Positions 33,775 to 40,040 of a DNA stretch of 42,414 bases are shown here, piece after piece (position 1 is the first letter of the stretch; each line of letters starts with the position of its first letter). The stretch spans positions 1-42,414 of IMG/VR virus record IMGVR_UViG_3300045988_068405; one strand, given 5' to 3'. The stretch is from a virus. Position numbers and translations under genes: made by a program. The notes under the pieces were generated by a model. It saw nothing but the letters and a program-made list of their open reading frames with translations, was not told the origin of the DNA and made no database searches.

Positions 33775-33915
33775 ATGGATGCACAAAAAATGCTTTTGCG
33801 TGATGCAATTGATACGGCAATCCGCACTGAGCGGCAGCTGATCCGCTGTCGCCTTGCGCTAGTAGTCTCAGCTCTTGCTAATGCTGCCCTGGTTGCTTAT
33901 ATAGTAGTGAGGTAG
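33775..33915 (+). CDS. Small protein with C-terminal TM helix (46 aa, not in ORF track)
   Basis: Hand translation MDAQKMLLRDAIDTAIRTERQLIRCRLALVVSALANAALVAYIVVR. The ATG is 4 nt after the endolysin stop. Confidence 0.35.
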   Translation: MDAQKMLLRDAIDTAIRTERQLIRCRLALVVSALANAALVAYIVVR

Positions 33916-33920
33916 CATAT

Positions 33921-34178
33921 ATGGATAGAGGGCTTGTTAAGATATTTTGGGGATGCGGTGACAATGGTATAATTGAGTATGCCCTGATGAGGGCACGACT
34001 GAATCGGAAGGAGAAAGAGGCAGTAACTTATCTTTTGGATGAGTGTATGTCTCAAGAAGAAGCAGCGGAAAAGATGTGTGTAAGTACACGGAGATTTCAA
34101 GAGTACTGGTACTCGGCATCTGATAAGCTGCTGTCCCTTCCGTGGCTTGCAGCTTATGCAGAAGAGTTGAAAAAATAG
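33921..34178 (+). CDS. Sigma-70 region-4-only / LuxR-type HTH protein
   Basis: 85 aa; 'LNRKEKEAVTYLLDECMSQEEAAEKMCVSTRRFQEYW'. Followed by a terminator. Confidence 0.55.
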   Translation: MDRGLVKIFWGCGDNGIIEYALMRARLNRKEKEAVTYLLDECMSQEEAAEKMCVSTRRFQEYWYSASDKLLSLPWLAAYAEELKK

Positions 34179-34182
34179 CACG

Positions 34183-34205
34183 GGTGGGGAAATTCCCCAC
34201 CTTTT
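34183..34205 (+). terminator. Intrinsic terminator
   Basis: Stem GGTGGGG/CCCCACC (34183-34189/34195-34201), loop AAATT, then TTTTG. Confidence 0.7.
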
Positions 34206-34208
34206 GCG

Positions 34209-34237
34209 TTGACGTAATAAAAAATTAGTGGTATTGT
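34209..34237 (+). promoter_or_regulatory. Promoter of the secreted-protein moron
   Basis: TTGACG (34209-34214), 17-nt spacer, TATTGT (34232-34237), preceded by TGg (extended -10). Confidence 0.6.
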
Positions 34238-34270
34238 AGAAGGGCAGAAAAGAAAATGGAGGGACACACA

Positions 34271-34840
34271 ATGAGAAAATCTTTGTACGCATTAACCATG
34301 GCACTTGCACTTGCAGTATCTACAGCCCCAGTAATGGCAGAAGAAACAAGCACAGAAGAAGGAGCTGAGATTGCAGCAGACGAGAACACAGTAGAAGGTA
34401 TCGAGGCAATGATTCAAAAGCTTGAAAAGCAGATTGCGGAATTGAAGCAGAAGTTAAAAGAGCTTCGAGGAGAGAATGCAATTCAGGAGGGCGATATCGT
34501 ATATCAGGACGATATGGTAATCATTACCTACAACGGAATATCTGACGAGTATGGGCGGTATGATATTATGCTTACTGCCGAGAATCTTACCGATAAAAAA
34601 ATTCGTGTGCAGACATCTGATACATCAATCAATGGCTATATGACATACCAGATGTTTTCAGTTGGGCTCGAAGCCAACAAAAAATCGAAGGGAACGCTTA
34701 CCATTGATGATAGCGTAGAAATTGAAAATATTGAAGATTTGCAGAATGTGGAGACAAAGATCCAGATATTGGATGATACTACATATGAAGAGCTTCTTCT
34801 GACTGACCCAATTACTATCAATTTCAACATTGAAAAATAA
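34271..34840 (+). CDS. Secreted protein (signal peptide; DUF4352-like beta domain, putative)
   Basis: 189 aa from ATG 34271 (RBS GGAGGG). Signal peptide 'MRKSLYALTMALALAVSTAPVMA-EE', then a coiled-coil linker and a beta-rich C-terminal domain. Confidence 0.65.
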   Translation: MRKSLYALTMALALAVSTAPVMAEETSTEEGAEIAADENTVEGIEAMIQKLEKQIAELKQKLKELRGENAIQEGDIVYQDDMVIITYNGISDEYGRYDIMLTAENLTDKKIRVQTSDTSINGYMTYQMFSVGLEANKKSKGTLTIDDSVEIENIEDLQNVETKIQILDDTTYEELLLTDPITINFNIEK

Positions 34841-34849
34841 AAAAATGAG

Positions 34850-34881
34850 AGAGCTTGCCAGAAACGGCAGGCTCTTTTTTT
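34850..34881 (+). terminator. Strong intrinsic terminator
   Basis: 10-bp stem 34850-34859/34866-34875 (one G.U), loop AGAAAC, T7 run. Confidence 0.8.
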
Positions 34882-34928
34882 ATGCGTAAAATCATCGTGC
34901 CTGCATCGTGTCTTTTCTCCTCTGCATG

Positions 34929-34937
34929 TGTGATAAT
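34929..34937 (+). promoter_or_regulatory. Extended -10 promoter of the seven-gene cluster
   Basis: TGtGATAAT (34929-34937) within aTGTGTGATAAT. The -35 (TGTCTT) is weak. Located 23 nt upstream of ATG 34960. Confidence 0.5.
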
Positions 34938-34959
34938 ACAGCCATGGAGGGAAGAACGC

Positions 34960-35343
34960 ATGTATAAAAGATATAATCCAAACCCAGTTGCAGCAAGAGT
35001 AGGAGATTGCACCGTCAGGGCATTATGCAAGGCTCTTGATCAGGACTGGGACAAGACCTACTTACAGCTTTGCGTGCAGGGCTTGCTGATGGCTGATATG
35101 CCGTCTGCAAATGCCGTGTGGGGCGCATACCTGCATGACAAAGGTTTTAGGCGAGGTATAGTCTCTGAAGCTTGCCCTATCTGCTATAACGTTGCATCAT
35201 TCGCGGCAGAACATCCACAAGGGGTGTATGTATTGGCACTGGGAAGCCATGTTGTAACTGTGGTTGATGGTGATTATTTTGATACATGGGATTCAGGGCA
35301 GGAAATCCCCCTCTATTTCTGGGAAAGGAGTGACGAAGCATGA
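34960..35343 (+). CDS. Papain-like cysteine-peptidase-fold protein (putative; Cys/His/Asp candidates)
   Basis: 127 aa from ATG 34960 (RBS GGAGGGAAG). 'RVGDCTVRALCKAL' and 'LALGSHVVTVVDGDYFDTWDSG'. Confidence 0.5.
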   Translation: MYKRYNPNPVAARVGDCTVRALCKALDQDWDKTYLQLCVQGLLMADMPSANAVWGAYLHDKGFRRGIVSEACPICYNVASFAAEHPQGVYVLALGSHVVTVVDGDYFDTWDSGQEIPLYFWERSDEA

Positions 35344-35819
35344 ACGGATATAACCCTTACTATGGATATCAACCTTATAGCCCACCAGTCCCAGATCAGC
35401 TAGCGCAACTGCGGTACAATCAGGGGATGCAGCAAGGAATGCAGCAGGGCTTTCAAGGGTTCGGGCAGCAAAGCAATGATGAGCGTATCTGGGTGCAGGG
35501 CAAGAATGCGGCAGAAGCTTATCTAGTGGCGGCAAATGGCTTTGTAAGACTTTGGGACAGCAACGGACAAGTTTTTTACGAGAAACGAGCTGATGCATCA
35601 GGGCGACCGTGCATGGAAACCTACGAGTACAAACGACTGGGCGCAGAGCTGCCTAAAACGGGAGCAGAAAGCAAGAGTAGTGTAAATGATTACTCAAAAG
35701 AGATTGATAGCTTGAAGGTGCGGCTAGCAGCACTAGAAAAACGTTTAAACGATGGAGGTAGAGCAAATGCAAATGTTTCAGAATCCAATGCAAATGATTC
35801 AGCAGTTTCAGAAATTTAA
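35340..35819 (+). CDS. Gln/Tyr/Gly-rich N-terminus protein, unknown function
   Basis: 159 aa with ATGA coupling. 'NPYYGYQPYSPPVPDQLAQLRYNQGMQQGMQQGFQGFGQQ', then 'IWVQGKNAAEAYLVAANGFVRLWDSNGQVFYEK'. Confidence 0.65.
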   Translation: MNGYNPYYGYQPYSPPVPDQLAQLRYNQGMQQGMQQGFQGFGQQSNDERIWVQGKNAAEAYLVAANGFVRLWDSNGQVFYEKRADASGRPCMETYEYKRLGAELPKTGAESKSSVNDYSKEIDSLKVRLAALEKRLNDGGRANANVSESNANDSAVSEI

Positions 35820-35952
35820 ACAGCAGTTTACAGGCGATCCAAAGGCAGAGGTGCAGAAGCTCCTCACCTCTGGCAAGATCAATCAGCAGCAACTCAATCA
35901 GTTGCAAGCAATGGCACAGCAGTTCCAAGGGCTGCTGAATGGCGGTAAGTAA
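35767..35952 (+). CDS. Gln-rich small protein (61 aa)
   Basis: ATG 35767 lies 7 nt after GGAGGT. Sequence 'MQMFQNPMQMIQQFQKFKQQFTGDPKAEVQKLL...'. Overlaps the upstream gene by 53 nt in another frame. Confidence 0.55.
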   Translation: MQMFQNPMQMIQQFQKFKQQFTGDPKAEVQKLLTSGKINQQQLNQLQAMAQQFQGLLNGGK

Positions 35953-36001
35953 ATCACGCTAAAAGCGTTGATTATATATCTCATTGAAAGGAGAAAAAAA
36001 C

Positions 36002-36859
36002 ATGAGTTTAACAAGCGAAAGTATGACTCCTGCCGATATCGCAGCAGTAACAGGCAACTGCAGTGGTAATGGTATGTGGGGCGATGGTGGCGCATGGTGG
36101 ATTATCATCCTCTTCCTGTTCGCATTTTGCGGATGGGGCGGCAATGGATGGGGAAACAACGGAGGCGCAGCAGGTGCAGCAGATAACTACGTGCTTGCAA
36201 GCGATTTCGCAACCTTGCAGCGACAGATTGATAGCTCTACAGCATCGCTAGAGCGCAAATCCGATGCGATCAACAGCGGCTTATGTGATGGATTCTATGC
36301 CCAGAACACTACCGCGTTGACTGGATTCTCAAACGTAAACCAGAACCTTTGTAATGGCTTTGCACAGGCTGAGTTATCCAGAGCCAACGGGCAGATGAAT
36401 CTTATGCAGCAGATGAACGCAAACAATATCACAGCTATGCAGAATGCAAACGCTTTGCAGTCTCAGCTTGCACAGTGCTGCTGTGATAACCGAGAGGCTA
36501 TCTCTGGTGTGAATTACAACATGGCGACGAATACCAATGCGGTACAGCATAGTGTAGAGAATGGCTTCTGCCAGACGAACTACAACAACGCTTCCAATAC
36601 ACGTGATATCATCGACAACCAGAACAGCAACGCAAGAGCGATCCTCGATGCACTGAATGCGCAGCAGATTGCGGCAAAAGATGCGAAGATTGCAGAGCAG
36701 AGTCAGCAGATTTTTGGCTTGCAGCTTGCAGCATCTCAGCAGGCACAGAATAACTATTTGGTACAGACTCTTAAACCTGCGCCTGTTCCAAGCTTCCCTG
36801 CTGGACAGCTCTATGGCTACATGAACGGCTGCTGCAATCCGTGCAATGGCTGTTCCTGA
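36002..36859 (+). CDS. Membrane-anchored Gln/Asn-rich, Cys-cluster protein
   Basis: 285 aa from ATG 36002 (RBS AAAGGAG). TM 'AWWIIILFLFAFCGWG', a Gly/Asn/Trp stretch, 'LAQCCCDNREAISGVNYN', and a C-terminal 'GCCNPCNGCS'. Confidence 0.7.
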   Translation: MSLTSESMTPADIAAVTGNCSGNGMWGDGGAWWIIILFLFAFCGWGGNGWGNNGGAAGAADNYVLASDFATLQRQIDSSTASLERKSDAINSGLCDGFYAQNTTALTGFSNVNQNLCNGFAQAELSRANGQMNLMQQMNANNITAMQNANALQSQLAQCCCDNREAISGVNYNMATNTNAVQHSVENGFCQTNYNNASNTRDIIDNQNSNARAILDALNAQQIAAKDAKIAEQSQQIFGLQLAASQQAQNNYLVQTLKPAPVPSFPAGQLYGYMNGCCNPCNGCS

Positions 36860-36874
36860 TAGGGGGTGGCGAGT

Positions 36875-37285
36875 ATGGCAGAGTATACATTAACCACACC
36901 TACAGCCGTCCCTCTGGGCGGTGCAGTGCCATATACCAACACAATTATCAAGGGTTGCTGTAACATCAAGCACAGGGCAGGTTCAGGGCAGGTGACTGTC
37001 AAGGGCGGCACTTGCTGCAACCCTGCAAAGTACCTCGTGTACTTCCATGCCAACGTAACAGGAGTTGCAGGAGCAATTCAGCTTGCGCTGTTTCTGGATG
37101 GTGAGAGGCTGCCAGAAACTTTAATGTCTGTTGTTCCTGTGGCTACTACTGACGTTTGGTCAGTCGATGCAGAGACGGAATTTTGCGTAGACTGCTGCTG
37201 TGGCACAGTCTCAGCAAGAGTAGTAGGGGGTGCGACTGTTACGGTTAATACAGCAGAAATAATTGTGAAAAAGGAGGTGGCATAA
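36875..37285 (+). CDS. Cys-rich beta-protein, BclA-C-terminal/C1q(TNF)-like (putative)
   Basis: 136 aa. 'GCCNIKH', 'GTCCNPAKYLVYFHANVTG', 'IQLALFLDGERLP', 'CVDCCCG' and 'TVNTAEIIVKK' follow the pattern of BclA C-terminal jelly-roll domains (recollection). Confidence 0.55.
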   Translation: MAEYTLTTPTAVPLGGAVPYTNTIIKGCCNIKHRAGSGQVTVKGGTCCNPAKYLVYFHANVTGVAGAIQLALFLDGERLPETLMSVVPVATTDVWSVDAETEFCVDCCCGTVSARVVGGATVTVNTAEIIVKKEVA

Positions 37286-37680
37286 TGGGAACAATGGAAG
37301 ATTTGAAGCGCATGATTTGCACAGAGCTTGAAGAAATCGCACAGAAGGGCGAAATGTCAGCAGGCGATCTTGACACGGTGTATAAGCTGATTGTATCGAA
37401 AGAAAAGCTTCTGCGCATTGACGAGCTTGAAGAAAAGCTTGGCTATAGCGAGGACGGCAGAAAATGGAGATACAGCAGAGACGGAGAGCCAGATGGCGGC
37501 AGCAGCTATGGACGGCATTATGTGAGGGCACACTACAGCAGAGACGGCAGAGGACGCTACAGCATGGATGAGGGACGCACGATGCTTGCAGATCAGATCA
37601 GAGATATGATTGATAACAGTGATCTGAGCCAGAACCAGAAAGGCGCACTCAGAAAGGCAATGGAAGCTTTGCAGGAATGA
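37285..37680 (+). CDS. Hypothetical protein with YSRDG repeats
   Basis: 131 aa with TAATG coupling. 'WRYSRDGEPDGGSSYGRHYVRAHYSRDGRGRYSMDEG' is flanked by helical ends. Confidence 0.65.
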   Translation: MGTMEDLKRMICTELEEIAQKGEMSAGDLDTVYKLIVSKEKLLRIDELEEKLGYSEDGRKWRYSRDGEPDGGSSYGRHYVRAHYSRDGRGRYSMDEGRTMLADQIRDMIDNSDLSQNQKGALRKAMEALQE

Positions 37681-37701
37681 TGATGGAAAGGGGGTAGAGC
37701 G

Positions 37702-38025
37702 ATGCTTGATATGGACGAGATCAGAAGCGAGATTACACGGCTTGAGAACGAAAAAACAACTTACTCATCAGTGGAAAAGCTTGCTATGCTCTACATAGTA
37801 CAAGAGCGCAACTCCCCTACACCAGAACCAGAGCCAATTGAGATACAGCAAATGCCAAGATATGCGTATGCAGCAGCACCAACTGCCCCTAAATCTGATT
37901 TTTTAGAGGCGGTTGGAAAAGTACCGATAGAAAAAGCCTTAGATGTACTGGATGAACATATGGAAGCAATAAAGCTGCTATATCCTAAGGAGTACAAGGC
38001 TGTGATCAACAAAATACTGACATAA
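37702..38025 (+). CDS. Hypothetical protein (helical ends, Pro-rich linker)
   Basis: 107 aa with RBS AAAGGGGG. Last gene before the terminator. Confidence 0.65.
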   Translation: MLDMDEIRSEITRLENEKTTYSSVEKLAMLYIVQERNSPTPEPEPIEIQQMPRYAYAAAPTAPKSDFLEAVGKVPIEKALDVLDEHMEAIKLLYPKEYKAVINKILT

Positions 38026-38030
38026 AAAGA

Positions 38031-38061
38031 AGAGGGGAGCTGCGTGCCCTCCTCTTTTTTT
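38031..38061 (+). terminator. Intrinsic terminator closing the seven-gene cluster
   Basis: Stem 38031-38040/38046-38055 (one G.U, one mismatch), loop TGCGT, T7 run. Confidence 0.75.
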
Positions 38062-38072
38062 AATTTTTCTTA

Positions 38073-38101
38073 TTGACTTTTAGCTTATTTAGAGATAATA
38101 T
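38073..38101 (+). promoter_or_regulatory. Promoter of an ORF-less transcription unit
   Basis: TTGACT (38073-38078), 17-nt spacer, TAATAT (38096-38101). Confidence 0.55.
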
Positions 38102-38107
38102 GGAGTT

Positions 38108-38219
38108 GAGATAGAAATCTCATTCATGCTTGCAAAGGCATGTGGATTGAAAAAAAACTGAAGACAATAAGTCTAAAGAGAAAGCGGTGGAAATTCCACC
38201 GCCTTTTCTTTGTTTTTTA
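38108..38219 (+). ncRNA. Candidate small RNA (about 105-110 nt)
   Basis: Lies between the predicted promoter and the 38184-38219 terminator. Internal hairpins TGAGAT-AGAA-ATCTCA and CATGC-N8-GCATG. The longest ATG ORF is 11 codons, with no RBS. Confidence 0.4.
38184..38219. terminator. Bidirectional intrinsic terminator
   Basis: Stem GCGGTGG/CCACCGC (38184-38190/38196-38202), loop AAATT. CTTTTCTTTGTTTTTT follows on the + strand and TTTCTCTTT on the - strand. It also ends the minus-strand operon (stop at 38222). Confidence 0.8.
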
Positions 38220-38221
38220 CC

Positions 38222-38794
38222 TTAATCCCAAATGTGCGATCTGCAAGCCTCATCCCATTCTTCCTCCATTTCACGGAGTACAAGGGCAGGTTCTTCACCG
38301 TTGATGATTCTTTCCTTTGCTTTCCTTCCTGCGGATGCCTTTTCAAAATTTGCAGCGTATGCCCAAGCATCAGCCTTGATGTAAGCGGCGGCACGTGGGT
38401 ATTTTTCCGACATAGCCTTTAAATCATAGTTCGGTTTTGATCTAACCCCTAATCCGCCTACATCATCAAATGACTTTTCAAATTCTTTGTGCCAGCTTGC
38501 GAGATCAGCTCTGGCAGCTTTCAATTCCTTGAGTCCTTCGATTGCATCAATTTTTGCCTGTCGCTCCTCTGCGGCTTTGATTTCTGTGTTGCGGCGGTCA
38601 ACCAGATAATTGTATATTTCTGGTTGACGTGCTCTGATAATTTCCATAGCATTGTCGCCCTTGAGCTTTCTGGTTTCCAGAGCATAGATTGCGCCTGTTA
38701 GTACCTCTTTTCCATTCTTGTATTCAGTTTTCAACCCGATATCATATCGCTTAATTAGTGCTGCGATAGATGCGTTCTGTGCGTCAAATTTCAT
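38222..38794 (-). CDS. Hypothetical protein (190 aa), last gene of the minus-strand accessory operon
   Basis: Start at the internal Met 'MKFDAQNAS' with AAAGGAGGAAT upstream. Helical and charged. Ends '...EEWDEACRSHIWD'. Confidence 0.65.
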   Translation of the reverse strand: MKFDAQNASIAALIKRYDIGLKTEYKNGKEVLTGAIYALETRKLKGDNAMEIIRARQPEIYNYLVDRRNTEIKAAEERQAKIDAIEGLKELKAARADLASWHKEFEKSFDDVGGLGVRSKPNYDLKAMSEKYPRAAAYIKADAWAYAANFEKASAGRKAKERIINGEEPALVLREMEEEWDEACRSHIWD

Positions 38795-39023
38795 TTTGTG
38801 ATTCCTCCTTTTTGATTTTCTCAAGCCCGTACAGCTCATATAAATATTCACTGACTTTTGCATGTTCTTTTTGTGGCTTATAGTAGCGCACTGGTATCAA
38901 ATCTTTTTCAGTGATCTTCCGAGTTCCCCCATACATGCTAAACATTTTAAATGAGCCGTCTTCCAATTCTACGATGTAGTGGCGCGGCAGGAGTGGGGTT
39001 TCATATAATTGCTTTACTTTCAT
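38784..39023 (-). CDS. Hypothetical protein (79 aa)
   Basis: RBS AAGGAAGGAG upstream. Overlaps the downstream start by 11 nt. Confidence 0.6.
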   Translation of the reverse strand: MKVKQLYETPLLPRHYIVELEDGSFKMFSMYGGTRKITEKDLIPVRYYKPQKEHAKVSEYLYELYGLEKIKKEESQNEI

Positions 39024-39046
39024 TTCTTTACTCCTTCCTTTTACAG

Positions 39047-39283
39047 TTAGCTTTCACTCAGCAATTTTTCAATTTCAGCTAAGCGTTTCAGCAACTTTTC
39101 TTTTTCCATTTCAAGTGTCTGAAAATCTTCTTTTACCATTCGTTCCAGTGCCAATCTAAAATAAATTGGGCACTTATTTACTCCCAGTTCCCAGTTCTGG
39201 AGTGTGCGCTTGGGGATTGAGTATAAATCCCCAAACTTTTGTTGGTTTAATCCAGTCAGCTCTCGAAGCTCCTTAACTTCCAT
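39047..39283 (-). CDS. XRE-family HTH regulator with coiled-coil tail
   Basis: 78 aa; 'LRELTGLNQQKFGDLYSIPKRTLQNWELG'. Confidence 0.75.
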   Translation of the reverse strand: MEVKELRELTGLNQQKFGDLYSIPKRTLQNWELGVNKCPIYFRLALERMVKEDFQTLEMEKEKLLKRLAEIEKLLSES

Positions 39284-39289
39284 CTTGTT

Positions 39290-39625
39290 TTAGTTCCTTT
39301 CCTTTTTCTGCCGCCAATTGTAAATTATCTTTGCGTTCTTGGAATAATGTTGACCATACTCAGGTCTTTCTCTTGGAAGATATGCACGGACACTTGATAA
39401 GCTTAACTTTACTGCCTTGGAAATATCTTCAACCCCCACCCCTTGACTATACAATTCAAGAATTTTTGCATGTGCTGCATTTAATACATATCCATGAGTG
39501 GCTAGACACTTGGTTATTTTGTGATGAGAACAACCAGTTTGAATTGAAATAGGCTTAACTGCTCCATACTGCTTCCACAAATCAATTATAGCTTTGTCTG
39601 TCTTGCTGATTTGATCATCCATCAT
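39290..39625 (-). CDS. HTH-containing protein (111 aa)
   Basis: 'VEDISKAVKLSLSSVRAYL' is a sigma-r4/resolvase-type HTH. A second helical unit reads 'SIQTGCSHHKITKCLATHG'. ATGA coupling to the upstream gene. Confidence 0.6.
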   Translation of the reverse strand: MMDDQISKTDKAIIDLWKQYGAVKPISIQTGCSHHKITKCLATHGYVLNAAHAKILELYSQGVGVEDISKAVKLSLSSVRAYLPRERPEYGQHYSKNAKIIYNWRQKKERN

Positions 39626-39852
39626 TGTTCCTCTCTACACTCGGCACTATAGATAAGTTCCATATCTTTTCCCGCTTCGATATAGGAGTTGTAATCTGTC
39701 AGCTCACAATATGTTATTTCACCACTTACAGCATTAAACCATGCCTCCACATAGCCGTTATATGTTGCTTTCTTTGCCATTGCTCTTGCATGTGCTGCAA
39801 TTCTGCCTTTGTCTGTCGTACTAAGCACGAATCTATTATTTTCTCTCTTCAT
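39622..39852 (-). CDS. Hypothetical protein (76 aa), first gene of the accessory operon
   Basis: AAGG of the RBS lies 9 nt upstream of the ATG. No recognisable family. Confidence 0.6.
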   Translation of the reverse strand: MKRENNRFVLSTTDKGRIAAHARAMAKKATYNGYVEAWFNAVSGEITYCELTDYNSYIEAGKDMELIYSAECREEQ

Positions 39853-39901
39853 TTTCCTTTACCTTACTACCTTTGGTAGCTCCTTTCTTTGTTATGACTA
39901 T

Positions 39902-39930
39902 AATATAGCACCGATTCGGTACTTTGTAAA
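39902..39930 (-). promoter_or_regulatory. Promoter of the minus-strand accessory operon
   Basis: Minus strand reads TTTACA (39925-39930), a 17-nt spacer, TGc and TATATT (39902-39907). Confidence 0.65.
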
Positions 39931-39954
39931 GTATATATTTGCACTAAATCGGTG
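39909..39954. promoter_or_regulatory. Operator-like repeats around that promoter
   Basis: Perfect palindrome ACCGAtTCGGT (39910-39920) inside the -35/-10 spacer. An extra half-site AATCGGTG (39947-39954) is the reverse complement of CACCGATT (39909-39916). Confidence 0.5.
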
Positions 39955-39980
39955 TTTTTATTGATATTATTTAACTTTTT

Positions 39981-40022
39981 GCTATTATGTTACTATTACA
40001 TCTGGCAAGGTGACATAATAGC
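39981..40022. repeat. 42-bp imperfect inverted repeat next to the integrase gene (attP candidate)
   Basis: GCTATTATGTTAC (39981-39993), 16-nt spacer, GTGACATAATAGC (40010-40022). Arms match at 12/13. No T-run on either side, so it is not a typical terminator. Located 19 nt from the integrase stop. Confidence 0.45.
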
Positions 40023-40040
40023 AACAGAAAGGATAAAAAA

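Noticed and set aside
33811-33826. Possible third copy of the late element (ATTGATACGGCAAT)
   Set aside because: The dyad spacing is 6 nt rather than 9. Only the ATTGATAC and CAAT parts match. It lies inside a small ORF and has no -10-like hexamer at the conserved offset.
33897-34310. Listed minus-strand ORF (137 aa)
   Set aside because: It spans a + strand gene, a terminator and a promoter. It has no RBS and is antisense to better-supported features.
36875-37285. Double-glycine-leader bacteriocin processed by the nearby Cys-peptidase-like protein (the 'AVPLGG' segment)
   Set aside because: The putative leader lacks the usual LS..EL..I.GG consensus. No ABC transporter or modification enzyme is present. 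The remaining 120 or so residues look like a folded jelly-roll domain rather than a peptide.
38173-38422. Listed ORFs 38173..38394 (-) and 38210..38422 (+)
   Set aside because: Both cross the bidirectional terminator or overlap the 3' end of the supported 190-aa gene. Neither has an RBS.
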